Positions 1 through 9,111 of a stretch of 64,000 nucleotides of DNA are shown here, piece after piece. This DNA is from a virus (Duplodnaviria; Caudoviricetes), in the IMG/VR virus record IMGVR_UViG_3300021958_008980, positions 1 through 64,000 of that record. One strand, 5' to 3'. Below the pieces are notes generated by a model. It did not search any database. It was not told where the DNA came from and saw only the letters and a list, made by a program, of their open reading frames with translations. The position numbers and the translations under genes were made by a program. How positions within the stretch are numbered: position 1 is the first letter of the stretch; every line of letters starts with the position of its first letter.

Positions 1-2
1 AG

Positions 3-695
3 TGGGCCAAGAAATACTCACAGTACAAGAATCTAGAGGACGACAACCTGATCGAGGCACTATATGAGTATGCATTCGAGCTGGGCATAGCACAATTAAC
101 ATTCGAAGTCGGCGAACTACAGGCCGCAGAAAGAGAACTTGGAAAGAAACAAGAGGACTGGGAAGACGCAGAAATAAATGCCGCAATGGAAATGTCTCCA
201 ATATCAAATGGCTTACTAGACGACTTACATAGAATTTTACCAGGCGATGCAGATTTAGAACAAAAACTTGACAGCATCAGAGGCATGCTCGAGAAGGCGG
301 GTCTTAAGGAGGACAAGTATCAACCAATGCCAGAGGGTGATGAGTTTGACATCGAAGAGGACGAGGACTTCGAAGAAGTGCTTGGTCCACTAGGTTTCCC
401 AGAAGACGAGACGGAACTGTTCGACGCAGAGTACAGGGGCAGGAAGGTTCCTCTCAACAAACCCATGCGTGGTGATGTGAAGAAATTCAAGGTGTACGTG
501 AAGGATCCAAAGACAGGCAATGTCAAGAAAGTCAACTTCGGACACGGTGGAAGTTCAGCGAGGAAGGCCGGACAGAAGACCATGAAGATCAGGAAATCAA
601 ATCCAAAGGCAAGGAAATCATTCAGGGCAAGACACAACTGTGCAAATCCAGGACCAAAGACCAAAGCGAGATATTGGTCTTGTAGGAAGTGGTAA
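3..695 (+). CDS. 5'-truncated protein: acidic region plus basic Cys/Trp C-terminal module (DUF6321-like)
   Basis: The frame of ORF 186..695 is open back to position 3. C-terminus KTMKIRKSNPKARKSFRARHNC...KARYWSCRKW is a module recognised from large aquatic phages. Confidence 0.7.
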   Translation, partial: WAKKYSQYKNLEDDNLIEALYEYAFELGIAQLTFEVGELQAAERELGKKQEDWEDAEINAAMEMSPISNGLLDDLHRILPGDADLEQKLDSIRGMLEKAGLKEDKYQPMPEGDEFDIEEDEDFEEVLGPLGFPEDETELFDAEYRGRKVPLNKPMRGDVKKFKVYVKDPKTGNVKKVNFGHGGSSARKAGQKTMKIRKSNPKARKSFRARHNCANPGPKTKARYWSCRKW

Positions 696-881
696 ATGAA
701 GATAACGGAAGTAGTTGGAATATCCGAAGCCGAATTTGAACAGTTAGCAGAGAAACAGGACGCCTGCTATCACAAGGTGAAATCAAGATACAAAGTTTGG
801 CCATCGGCCTATGCCTCTGGTGCTCTGGTTCAGTGTCGTAAAAAAGGTGCGGCCAACTGGGGTAACAAGAGCAAGAAGTAA
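696..881 (+). CDS. small basic protein (DUF5872-like), putative head-packaged
   Basis: DACYHKVKSRYKVWPSAYASGALVQCRK module; N-terminus MKITEV. Confidence 0.7.
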   Translation: MKITEVVGISEAEFEQLAEKQDACYHKVKSRYKVWPSAYASGALVQCRKKGAANWGNKSKK

Positions 882-1018
882 TGGACAGTTGTTGCACAAG
901 AACAAAAACAAAAAAAGACTACCTAGCATTACCTAAGGCGATCGGTGTTTGTGTAATCGCTCTGTCTGTCATGTTAAGCATTGAAATCAGTATATTTTAC
1001 GCTATAGGAATAATCTAA
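881..1018 (+). CDS. 45-aa predicted membrane protein (below the ORF-track cutoff)
   Basis: MDSCCTRTKTKKDYLALPKAIGVCVIALSVMLSIEISIFYAIGII; TAATG overlaps at both ends; one hydrophobic helix. Confidence 0.6.
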   Translation: MDSCCTRTKTKKDYLALPKAIGVCVIALSVMLSIEISIFYAIGII

Positions 1019-1413
1019 TGAGGATCACAGACGTAATCACAGAGAAGTGCTGGAAGGGATACGAGAAGCGGGGCATGAAGACCATGTTCGGCAAACGTGT
1101 GCCCAACTGCGTCAAGAAGGAAGACGTGGACTTCTGCGTGAACTGTGGTGAATTAGTATTCGCAGAATCACTGAACGAGGATCTAAGGAAGTGGTTCAAA
1201 CAGAAATGGGTGCGTTTCGGTCCCAAGGGCAAGATCAGGGGAGCCTGTGCTCGTGGATCAGAGAAGGAAGGCAAGCCGAAATGTTTACCAGCCAAGAAGG
1301 CGTACGCATTAGGTAAAAAAGGCAGGGCGAGTGCGGCTCAGAGAAAGAGAAGACAAGATCCAGATCCCAACAGGCGTGGTAAAGCCAAAAACGTCAAAAC
1401 CAAAAAAAAATGA
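1018..1413 (+). CDS. basic Cys-containing multi-module protein, putative head-packaged
   Basis: KCWKGY...KRVPNCV module, CVNC, and EDLRKWFKQKWV...KPKCLP module; N-terminus MRITDVITE. Confidence 0.7.
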   Translation: MRITDVITEKCWKGYEKRGMKTMFGKRVPNCVKKEDVDFCVNCGELVFAESLNEDLRKWFKQKWVRFGPKGKIRGACARGSEKEGKPKCLPAKKAYALGKKGRASAAQRKRRQDPDPNRRGKAKNVKTKKK

Positions 1414-2018
1414 AGATCAAAGACATCACAGAAGGTCCTCATGATCCTTACACCCACAAGGCAATTTTTTTCGCTGGGTCTCCCGGTGCGGGCAAGACGT
1501 ATGTTGCCAGGAGATTAGCAGGCACATTTCAAGGATTGAAACAGGTGAACATGGATATCTGGTTCAAGCGTCTCATGACAAAGAAAAACCTGTCTTGGAA
1601 AATGCCTCCCGAAGAAGAACCCGAGAGAGAAAGACAAAGGCAAAGATCAAAAGAATTGGTCGCCAAACAGCAACAGTCACACACCAAGAGTGGCCTGGGC
1701 TTGTTGATCGATTCAACCGGCAGATCATACGAAACCGTGCGAGATATCAACAAAGAGCTCGAGGACAAAGGATATGAAACGACCATGGTTTTCGTCAACA
1801 CAGATCTACAGACCGCACTGCGTAGGAACAAAGAAAGGGAACGTACATTACCAGATGAACTGATACATCGGAATTTCAAAACCATTACACAAAATCTGGG
1901 AAGGTTCCGGCGTTTGTTTGATGATTTACACGTGATCAATAACTCCGATGATGACAGAGACACAGTGGATGACCAAATAGCACAAGTGGAAAAAGACCTT
2001 CGAAGGTTCTTGCGGTAA
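1410..2018 (+). CDS. P-loop kinase, zeta-toxin/AAA_33-like
   Basis: Walker A GSPGAGKT, LLIDSTG, and VFVNTDLQTALRRNKERER lid motif. Confidence 0.75.
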   Translation: MKIKDITEGPHDPYTHKAIFFAGSPGAGKTYVARRLAGTFQGLKQVNMDIWFKRLMTKKNLSWKMPPEEEPERERQRQRSKELVAKQQQSHTKSGLGLLIDSTGRSYETVRDINKELEDKGYETTMVFVNTDLQTALRRNKERERTLPDELIHRNFKTITQNLGRFRRLFDDLHVINNSDDDRDTVDDQIAQVEKDLRRFLR

Positions 2019-2045
2019 AATACTAGGCCACCAAGAAAAAATAAT

Positions 2046-2074
2046 TTGCATTCATTGTAAATCTGTTATATACT
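2046..2074 (+). promoter_or_regulatory. sigma70-type promoter
   Basis: TTGCAT-N17-TATACT, followed by an AGGAG RBS before ATG 2098. Confidence 0.7.
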
Positions 2075-2097
2075 GTTGACAACAACAGGAGAAACAA

Positions 2098-2355
2098 ATG
2101 GCAGTAAGAAACTTCAATGACGCAGAAAAGCAGAAATTGATCCAGATCATTTCCCAGGGTTCACAGGTACTAGGTGAGGTTGAGGACTTGAAGGGTGGAT
2201 TGAAAGACACCGTGAAAGCAATCGCAGAAGAACTGGAACTTAAACCAGCACTCATCAACAAAGCGATATCCGTTGCACACAAGGGCAACTATCAGAACAT
2301 CGCGGACGAGATGGACACACTGGAAAGCATACTAAACACAGCCGGCAAACTTTAA
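2098..2355 (+). CDS. small helical DNA-binding protein, T4 DsbA/GapR-like
   Basis: 85 aa; LKDTVKAIAEELELKPALINKAISVAHK pattern; lies just upstream of the polymerase. Confidence 0.5.
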   Translation: MAVRNFNDAEKQKLIQIISQGSQVLGEVEDLKGGLKDTVKAIAEELELKPALINKAISVAHKGNYQNIADEMDTLESILNTAGKL

Positions 2356-2639
2356 TGTTAGACAAAGTCAGAACATTCTGGCTTCGTAGTTTTGAGAGTG
2401 ATAGGACAGCGTTCTATTTTGAACTTGTCAGTTTCATATTCACAGTTGGAGCCAGCCTAACACTTGCGATAACGGCCGCAGACCCAGACATGACGATTAT
2501 ATACCCTGGATTCTTCATAGGAGCGATAACACAATGCTATGCCGCATACAGGAGGAACGCCGCTTTCGTTATGATGATCACTGGCTATTTCTCGATCATA
2601 AATGTCTACGGCTACGGCGTAGCAAGTTATTGGTGGTAG
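2355..2639 (+). CDS. small multi-pass membrane protein (PnuC-like fold possible)
   Basis: About three hydrophobic segments in 94 aa. Confidence 0.6.
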   Translation: MLDKVRTFWLRSFESDRTAFYFELVSFIFTVGASLTLAITAADPDMTIIYPGFFIGAITQCYAAYRRNAAFVMMITGYFSIINVYGYGVASYWW

Positions 2640-2640
2640 G

Positions 2641-5304
2641 ATGAGTTACATAGACGCACTATACAAAAAAGACGAAGACAAGATTTACGTGGTAGAACGT
2701 GATCCAAAGAAGGGCAGGATATTCACTGAATACGATGCCAGGTATGTGTTCTACTATCCAGACGCAAGGGGCAAACACAGGGGCATGACAGGTGAGCCTC
2801 TACAGAGAGTGATATGTTCCACAAACAAAGAATTCATAAAGGAGCAACGTATAAGGTCGAACAAGCAACTTTATGAGCATGATATCAATCCCGTGTTCAG
2901 ATGTTTGGAAGAGAATTACTTGGGTAAGGAGACTCCAAAACTGAACGTGATGTTTTTTGATATCGAGGTGGACTTCGATCCAGATCGAGGTTATTCCACA
3001 ACAGATGATCCGTTCATGCCCATTACTGCCATAAGTTGTTACATGAGCTGGACGGATCAACTGGTCACACTTGCAGTACCACCCAAGACCATAAGCATGG
3101 CGGACGCTGAAGAACTTACAAAGAGATTTGAAAACACGATGTTGTTTGAGAAAGAGAAGGACATGCTGGACGCTTTCCTACAACTTGTTGAAGACGCAGA
3201 CATACTGTCAGGTTGGAACAGTGAGGGTTACGATATCCCATACACTGTGGGTAGGATACAGAAAGTGTTGAGTGGTGATGACACAAGGAGATTGTGTTTC
3301 TGGGGCGAGAAGCCAAAGAGGAGAGTGTTCGAGAAGTACGGCAGAGAACAGTTGAGTTTCGACTTGGTAGGACGTGTACACTTGGACTTGCTAGAACTGT
3401 ACAGGAAATACACGTATGAAGAAAGGCACAGTTTCAGACTAGACGCCATAGGCGAACACGAACTGGGCGAGAAGAAGACTGTGTATGAAGGTTCACTTGA
3501 CAACTTGTACAAGAATGATTTTGGACTATTCATAGAATACAACAGGCAGGATACGGCACTGCTGGCCAAACTTGAGAAGAAATTGAAGTTCATAGAACTT
3601 GCGAACGAGATAGCACACCAGAACACCGTGCTTCTACAGACAACCATGGGTGCTGTTGCGGTTACAGAACAGGCAATCGTGAACGAGGCTCACAGACGTG
3701 GAATGCAGGTGATGGGAAGAAAATACAAAAAAGAGGGAGAAGAGAACCAGCCAGCGGCAGGTGCCTATGTGGCAACACCCACAAAAGGCATTCACGACTG
3801 GATTGGTTCCATTGATATCAACAGTCTGTATCCTAGTGTGATTAGGGCACTGAACATGGGACCTGAAACCATAGTGGGACAGATACGACCGGTCATAACA
3901 TCAGCAGAAGTAAACAGAGCCAAACATGCCAAGAAATCATTTGCGGCGGCCTGGGACAGTCAATTCGGAAGTTGGGAGTATCAAGCAGTGATGAATCAAG
4001 AGAAAGGCACAGAGATAATTGTTGATTGGGAGGACAAGACCAGTGTGCGTATGAGTGCGGCACAACTTTATGAGATCGTATTTGACGGCAACAACAAGTG
4101 GATGTTGAGTGCAAACGGAACAATATTCACCTATGAGTATGAGGCAATCATTCCAGGACTACTGAAACGTTGGTACGCAGAACGTCAAGAGATGCAACAG
4201 AAAATGCGAGAGTGTGGTGACAACGAGATCGAAAGAGAATATTGGGACAAGAGACAACTTGTAAAGAAGATTAATCTGAACAGTCTGTATGGAGCAATAT
4301 TGAATCCAGGATGTAGATTCTTTGACATCAGGATAGGTCAATCAGTGACACTTACTGGTAGATGTATAACAAAACATATGGCGAGCAAGGTAAACGAGAT
4401 TGTAGCAGGTGCATATGATCACAAGGGCGAGAGCGTGGTTTATGGTGACACTGACTCTGTGTATTTCACCGCACACAAGACACTGCAAAAAGAAATCAAC
4501 GAAGGCGTGATCCCATGGACAAAAGATTCTGTGGTTGCGTTGTATGACAAGATATCCGAAGAAGTTAATGGCTCGTTCAAAGCATTCATGACAAAGGCTT
4601 TCCACACGCCAAGCACACGTGGAGAGGTGATAAAAGCAGGTCGGGAACTTGTCGCTTCAAAAGGATTGTTCATCACGAAGAAGAGATATGCAGTTCTTTA
4701 CTATGACAAAGAGGGTAAACGTACTGACACGGAAGGTAAGGAAGGAAAGATGAAAGCGATGGGTCTTGACTTGAAACGTTCCGATACTCCAGTTTATGTA
4801 CAAGACTTTTTAAGTGATTTGCTATACATGGTACTGACTGGAAAGACTGAAACAGAAGTACTAGCAAAAATCAGCGAATTCCGTGCAGAGTTCAAGGCAA
4901 GGCCAGGTTGGGAAAAAGGATCGCCAAAGCGAGCAAACAACATGACCAAGTACACGGAAGAGGAAGAGAAGAAGGGCAAAACAAACATGCCGGGACACGT
5001 GAGAGCCAGCATGAACTGGAACAAGTGCAGGGAGATGTATGGCGACAAATACAGTATGCCCATCACTGACGGCGCAAAGGTTATTGTTTGCAAACTAAAA
5101 AGTAATCCTTTAGGCTATACCAGTATCGCCTATCCGGTGGATGAACTGCGTATACCGGAATGGTTCAAGGAATTGCCGTTCGACGGTGATGCCATGGAAA
5201 GCACGATACTTGACCAAAAGATAGATAACCTTATAGGTGTGTTAGGTTGGGACGTGCAATCAACAGAAACCACGAACACGTTCAACAAATTATTTGAATT
5301 CTAA
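2641..5304 (+). CDS. polB: family B DNA polymerase (T4 gp43-like) with 3'-5' exonuclease
   Basis: ExoI FFDIEVD, ExoII GWNSEGYDIPY, ExoIII YNRQD, region II SIDINSLYPS, region III KINLNSLYG, region I YGDTDS, KKRY. Confidence 0.97.
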   Translation: MSYIDALYKKDEDKIYVVERDPKKGRIFTEYDARYVFYYPDARGKHRGMTGEPLQRVICSTNKEFIKEQRIRSNKQLYEHDINPVFRCLEENYLGKETPKLNVMFFDIEVDFDPDRGYSTTDDPFMPITAISCYMSWTDQLVTLAVPPKTISMADAEELTKRFENTMLFEKEKDMLDAFLQLVEDADILSGWNSEGYDIPYTVGRIQKVLSGDDTRRLCFWGEKPKRRVFEKYGREQLSFDLVGRVHLDLLELYRKYTYEERHSFRLDAIGEHELGEKKTVYEGSLDNLYKNDFGLFIEYNRQDTALLAKLEKKLKFIELANEIAHQNTVLLQTTMGAVAVTEQAIVNEAHRRGMQVMGRKYKKEGEENQPAAGAYVATPTKGIHDWIGSIDINSLYPSVIRALNMGPETIVGQIRPVITSAEVNRAKHAKKSFAAAWDSQFGSWEYQAVMNQEKGTEIIVDWEDKTSVRMSAAQLYEIVFDGNNKWMLSANGTIFTYEYEAIIPGLLKRWYAERQEMQQKMRECGDNEIEREYWDKRQLVKKINLNSLYGAILNPGCRFFDIRIGQSVTLTGRCITKHMASKVNEIVAGAYDHKGESVVYGDTDSVYFTAHKTLQKEINEGVIPWTKDSVVALYDKISEEVNGSFKAFMTKAFHTPSTRGEVIKAGRELVASKGLFITKKRYAVLYYDKEGKRTDTEGKEGKMKAMGLDLKRSDTPVYVQDFLSDLLYMVLTGKTETEVLAKISEFRAEFKARPGWEKGSPKRANNMTKYTEEEEKKGKTNMPGHVRASMNWNKCREMYGDKYSMPITDGAKVIVCKLKSNPLGYTSIAYPVDELRIPEWFKELPFDGDAMESTILDQKIDNLIGVLGWDVQSTETTNTFNKLFEF

Positions 5305-5307
5305 ATA
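5302..5307 (+). promoter_or_regulatory. putative late promoter core TAAATA
   Basis: TAAATA-N5-ATG(5313); resembles the T4 late element TATAAATA and recurs before other genes. Confidence 0.45.
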
Positions 5308-5312
5308 ACCAT

Positions 5313-6125
5313 ATGCTGAGCATAGAAGAAATCAAACTTTTAATAGAAAAACTTGAGAAATTAAAAAAACAAGACGTCCAAGGACTAATCGATTTCAGTT
5401 TAAAAACTCTCAAAACCTTGGCAAACACAATCGATATACAGAATTCGGATCAGATAAACAGATTAGACAAAACCTTGAGTTGGTTTGCAATGGACAATTA
5501 CAAAAAGAGATTAGAACCTGTGGTTGACGAATTGACTAGAAGGCAAATACAAACTAAAATATTCCAATTTGGTAAAAACAGTGCCTTCAACAGCCTGGAG
5601 ATAGGCCCCGGAAATGGCATGTTTTCAAAAGATTTCCGAGCATGGAGGTTAAATTACTTCCTTGATGTGCTGAACGCAAGTTATGAAAGCAACGTTGAAA
5701 GAATCATACGTAAAAAATTTCCCCCTGCACACCAGAAATATCTAAAATTCTACATGACAGACAGAACCGACTGCTCCAGTATTCCTAGTAAAAGTTGTAA
5801 TTTTGTTTTTAGTTGGGACACATTCGTATTCTTCACACAGGATCATATCTATCAATATTTGTGGGACATCAAACGAGTGCTGTTGGATGGAGGCTATGTG
5901 TTTCTACAGTACGCTGATTGCCATTATGATTTTGATCTCAAACAGGCCAAGAGAGGTTATTGGAACTACAATACCAAGACAGCAATGGAAAAAATTATCA
6001 CAAAGACAGGTTATGAAGTAGTCGAAATGAATCAGTTCAAGCCTGGTGCCAATTATGCCATTTTTCGTACACGTGGTAAACAAAATCCAGTCGTGTACAA
6101 AGTTTCTGAAATAACACTAGACTAA
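5313..6125 (+). CDS. class I SAM-dependent methyltransferase with N-terminal coiled coil
   Basis: LEIGPGNG motif I; FVFSWDTF; DIKRVLLDGG. Confidence 0.85.
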   Translation: MLSIEEIKLLIEKLEKLKKQDVQGLIDFSLKTLKTLANTIDIQNSDQINRLDKTLSWFAMDNYKKRLEPVVDELTRRQIQTKIFQFGKNSAFNSLEIGPGNGMFSKDFRAWRLNYFLDVLNASYESNVERIIRKKFPPAHQKYLKFYMTDRTDCSSIPSKSCNFVFSWDTFVFFTQDHIYQYLWDIKRVLLDGGYVFLQYADCHYDFDLKQAKRGYWNYNTKTAMEKIITKTGYEVVEMNQFKPGANYAIFRTRGKQNPVVYKVSEITLD

Positions 6126-6146
6126 GACCTAAATATCATATACAAT
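6118..6146 (+). promoter_or_regulatory. sigma70-type promoter with TAAATA inside the spacer
   Basis: TAGACT-N17-TACAAT; TAAATA at 6130-6135; ATG 9 nt after the -10 box. Confidence 0.55.
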
Positions 6147-6155
6147 TAGAACATT

Positions 6156-6893
6156 ATGATAGACATCTTGAAAGACATCGTTAAACATACGCATGGACTG
6201 GGATTCTTGGATCTTGTCAAGATCACTGGGGACGATAAGGAAACTTCGATCGACTCAATGGCCGAAGACAGATCTGTGATCCTACAGGGGTCTTTCCACA
6301 AGCCACAGACGGAGATGACGGGTACGTTTGGTATGCCACAGATGGGCAAACTAGACATACACTTGAAGTGTCCGGAGTACAAGGAGAAGGCGAACATAAC
6401 TGTGTTGTCCGGCGAGAGAAACGGTGCGACCATTCCCACAGGGATCCATTTCGAGAATGAAAAGGGTGACTTCAAGAATGACTACAGATTTATGAATGCT
6501 GAGATCATCAATGAGAAACTTAAGACTGTGAAGTTCAAAGGTGTTAAGTGGGACGTTGAGATCGAACCTAGCGTGGCAAGTGTGCAGAGATTCAACTTCC
6601 AAGCAACTGCAAACACAGAACACAACTCATTCGTTGTGAGAACCGAGGATGGGAACTTGATTTTCACTTTCGGTGATCAAGCATCGCATGGTGGTGAGTT
6701 CGTGTTCGCAACTGACGTTAAGGGAACGCTTAACAAGGGTTGGAGTTGGCCGGTAGGACAGGTGCTACAGATACTTAAACTATCAGACTCGGCAAAGGTC
6801 ACATTACACTTCTCTAACGAGGGTGCGATGCAGGTCTCTGTTGATTCAGGATTGGGCAAGTATCAATACATCATACCAGCACAGGCGCAATAA
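6156..6893 (+). CDS. DNA polymerase sliding clamp (T4 gp45-like)
   Basis: 245 aa alpha/beta two-domain pattern (AEDRSVI...FGMPQMGKL...DSGLGKYQYIIPA) recognised from large-phage clamps; near polB. Confidence 0.7.
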   Translation: MIDILKDIVKHTHGLGFLDLVKITGDDKETSIDSMAEDRSVILQGSFHKPQTEMTGTFGMPQMGKLDIHLKCPEYKEKANITVLSGERNGATIPTGIHFENEKGDFKNDYRFMNAEIINEKLKTVKFKGVKWDVEIEPSVASVQRFNFQATANTEHNSFVVRTEDGNLIFTFGDQASHGGEFVFATDVKGTLNKGWSWPVGQVLQILKLSDSAKVTLHFSNEGAMQVSVDSGLGKYQYIIPAQAQ

Positions 6894-8341
6894 TGACGAC
6901 AGATAATAGTAAGCAAGAACATCTAGGAGACTTGAGCAGAGACTTTGCGGTGTTCTTGCCTGCTATATCTAACTTCTACAACACGTTTATCAGCAAACAG
7001 AGAGTTTCAGAAGGCAAACACATTTCGGAAGACAGGATTCCACAAGGTTTCGAGAATGGTGTAGAAGGATTGAACTTCATCAATCCAAAAGAAGGAATGT
7101 TCACATACCCAACAGCACTGTACTCGGCTGGACATGCCTGCTTGGACATGGAGAAGGTCAATGACAGGGATCACATGTTCGTAAACAGAGACAGAGAGTT
7201 CAGCACAATAGTAGGTGATTCCGGTGGATATCAGATAGGTAAGGGTGTAATAAAATTTGATTGGAAAGATTTTGAAGGTAACAAAGCAAATAAAGTGAGA
7301 TCAGATATACTGAACTGGCTTGAACTCACAAGTGACTGGGCAATGACACTAGACGTACCCACGTGGGCGGCAGATGATCTCAACTCACCAAAGACAGGAT
7401 TAACAAGTTTCCAAGACACACTGGACGGAACAATATACAACAACAAGTTCTTCCAGAAGAACAGACTGGGACAAACAAAACTATTGAACGTGCTTCAAGG
7501 TGATGACTGGAACACTGCACAGATATGGTACGACGCTGTCAAAGACTTTGAATTTGAAGGATGGGCAATGGGTGGTATCAACATGTGTGACATGGAAGTC
7601 ATGCTTAAACGTCTAATCATAATGAGAGATGAGAAGAAACTGGACGGTAAGGACTGGATGCACGTACTAGGTACGTCACAGATGGATTGGGGTTGTTACC
7701 TAACGCAGGTACAAAGGCAAGTTAGAAAACATATAAATCCTAACTTCACAATAAGTTTTGACAGTGCATCAGCATTCTTATCAACTGCTAATGGACTTGT
7801 ATACACGCACAACTCATTCACTCCAGACAGATGGTCGTTTGTGATGGACAAGGCACCAGATGATAAAACATTAAAGGGTTCAGACATACAGTTTCCGTTC
7901 GACAGTGGCATAGGACGTAGGCTTAAGATGAAAGATGTCTGCTGGTATGGTGAGCAGGACGTCAACAAGAATGGTAAAATTGGTGCTACAAGTTGGGACA
8001 GTTTCAGTTATGTGCTGATGATGGCACACAACGTATATAATCAGATCAGAGCAATACAGATAGCAAACGATTTAAACGACATAGAATCAAGGAAATACAG
8101 ACCAGAAGTAAAACACTGGAGAAAAACAAAGGCAAGTGACAAGACAGACGAACCTAGCATATACGTTCCTAGGAACATATTGTATTTCAACACACTTGTT
8201 GAAGAAGTATTCACCAGCGAGAAACCAATGGAAGTCATAAGCAACGCATCAAGTTATCTGGCAGACATCCGAGGCAACAGATGGGCCAGAGCTACAGGTG
8301 GTGGTAAAGGCACAAACAATTTCAGTTCTTTATTTGAATAG
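6893..8341 (+). CDS. TGT-fold guanine transglycosylase (DpdA-like)
   Basis: DSGGYQ (TGT DSGGFQ), MTLDVP, VLQG, GWAMGG, HVLG, SFDS in TGT order; no CxCxxC zinc site. Confidence 0.8.
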   Translation: MTTDNSKQEHLGDLSRDFAVFLPAISNFYNTFISKQRVSEGKHISEDRIPQGFENGVEGLNFINPKEGMFTYPTALYSAGHACLDMEKVNDRDHMFVNRDREFSTIVGDSGGYQIGKGVIKFDWKDFEGNKANKVRSDILNWLELTSDWAMTLDVPTWAADDLNSPKTGLTSFQDTLDGTIYNNKFFQKNRLGQTKLLNVLQGDDWNTAQIWYDAVKDFEFEGWAMGGINMCDMEVMLKRLIIMRDEKKLDGKDWMHVLGTSQMDWGCYLTQVQRQVRKHINPNFTISFDSASAFLSTANGLVYTHNSFTPDRWSFVMDKAPDDKTLKGSDIQFPFDSGIGRRLKMKDVCWYGEQDVNKNGKIGATSWDSFSYVLMMAHNVYNQIRAIQIANDLNDIESRKYRPEVKHWRKTKASDKTDEPSIYVPRNILYFNTLVEEVFTSEKPMEVISNASSYLADIRGNRWARATGGGKGTNNFSSLFE

Positions 8342-8350
8342 GAGGACAAC

Positions 8351-8551
8351 ATGGTAACAAAAAGAAAAAATAAAAAACTCAAGAAACTACAAGACGAGCA
8401 CCAGTATCTCGACAGGAAAGTGGCACAACTTACCAAGGACAGACTTAAGGACAGGAGTACCGAGAGCAAAGAAGTTCTCTCCAGATTAAAGAGGACAAAG
8501 TTGATGATCAAAGATGCAATCGCTAGGGCAAAAGCCACGTTGACAAGTTGA
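8351..8551 (+). CDS. small coiled-coil protein (DUF465/YdcH-like)
   Basis: LQDEHQYLDRKV...LKRTKLMIKDAI; GGAGG RBS. Confidence 0.55.
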   Translation: MVTKRKNKKLKKLQDEHQYLDRKVAQLTKDRLKDRSTESKEVLSRLKRTKLMIKDAIARAKATLTS

Positions 8552-8568
8552 TTAAACAGTAATATAAT
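8540..8568 (+). promoter_or_regulatory. consensus sigma70 promoter, probably producing a leaderless mRNA
   Basis: TTGACA-N17-TATAAT-N6-ATG(8575); no Shine-Dalgarno. Confidence 0.85.
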
Positions 8569-8574
8569 AATAAC

Positions 8575-9111
8575 ATGGATCGAGATTACAAGACAGGCAA
8601 AAGTGACAGTGTAGGTATATTTTCAGGATTAGAAATAGAACACACACCCGCACTTGGTAAACAAACATTATTCCTTGCGAGGAATGATTTACTGTTTGAT
8701 CGGATAATAGAATTAGCAGAACAGGTCAATGCCGAAGCAATTTACTTCGGTGCCAACAGAAGTTTCATGCACAATATAGCCAACACATCACAACTGATAA
8801 AAAGATTAATGGACAGCGGTTACTGGTGCACAATAGACTATCAACACAGTGTACACGCAGAAGTCAAGGAGAGATTCAAGGACATATGGAAGGAAGAAAA
8901 GTTTATACCATTCTGTTCTGTGATATTCCCTAGTTCAGAGGAGGATGATAATCTATGTATAAAAGTAGATGACGTAGATTTCAATGCAACAGGACCAGGT
9001 GTGTGGACAATGAGCATGAACCATTTCAAACAAAGTGCAGGATTCACATCGTGGGATGAATACAAACAGGATGAACCAATAGAGGAGAACAATGCCAAAA
9101 AAGCAGTCTAA
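8575..9111 (+). CDS. hypothetical protein heading the queD-like transcription unit
   Basis: 178-aa globular-looking ORF; no family recognised. Confidence 0.75.
   Translation: MDRDYKTGKSDSVGIFSGLEIEHTPALGKQTLFLARNDLLFDRIIELAEQVNAEAIYFGANRSFMHNIANTSQLIKRLMDSGYWCTIDYQHSVHAEVKERFKDIWKEEKFIPFCSVIFPSSEEDDNLCIKVDDVDFNATGPGVWTMSMNHFKQSAGFTSWDEYKQDEPIEENNAKKAV

Noticed and set aside
1402-1410. Homopolymer runs (A9 here; A8 near 14823 and 45093) as phase-variation or frameshift sites
   Set aside because: Frames are intact, and such runs are expected in Lys-rich, AT-rich sequence.
2641-5304. Intein or intron in the DNA polymerase
   Set aside because: 887 aa with all motifs at normal spacing; no splicing motifs or homing endonuclease.
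6893-8341. Ordinary tRNA-guanine transglycosylase (tgt) as a translation auxiliary gene
   Set aside because: It lacks the Zn-binding CxCxxC...H site and is coupled to the clamp gene, so a DpdA-like role is preferred; tRNA activity is not formally excluded.
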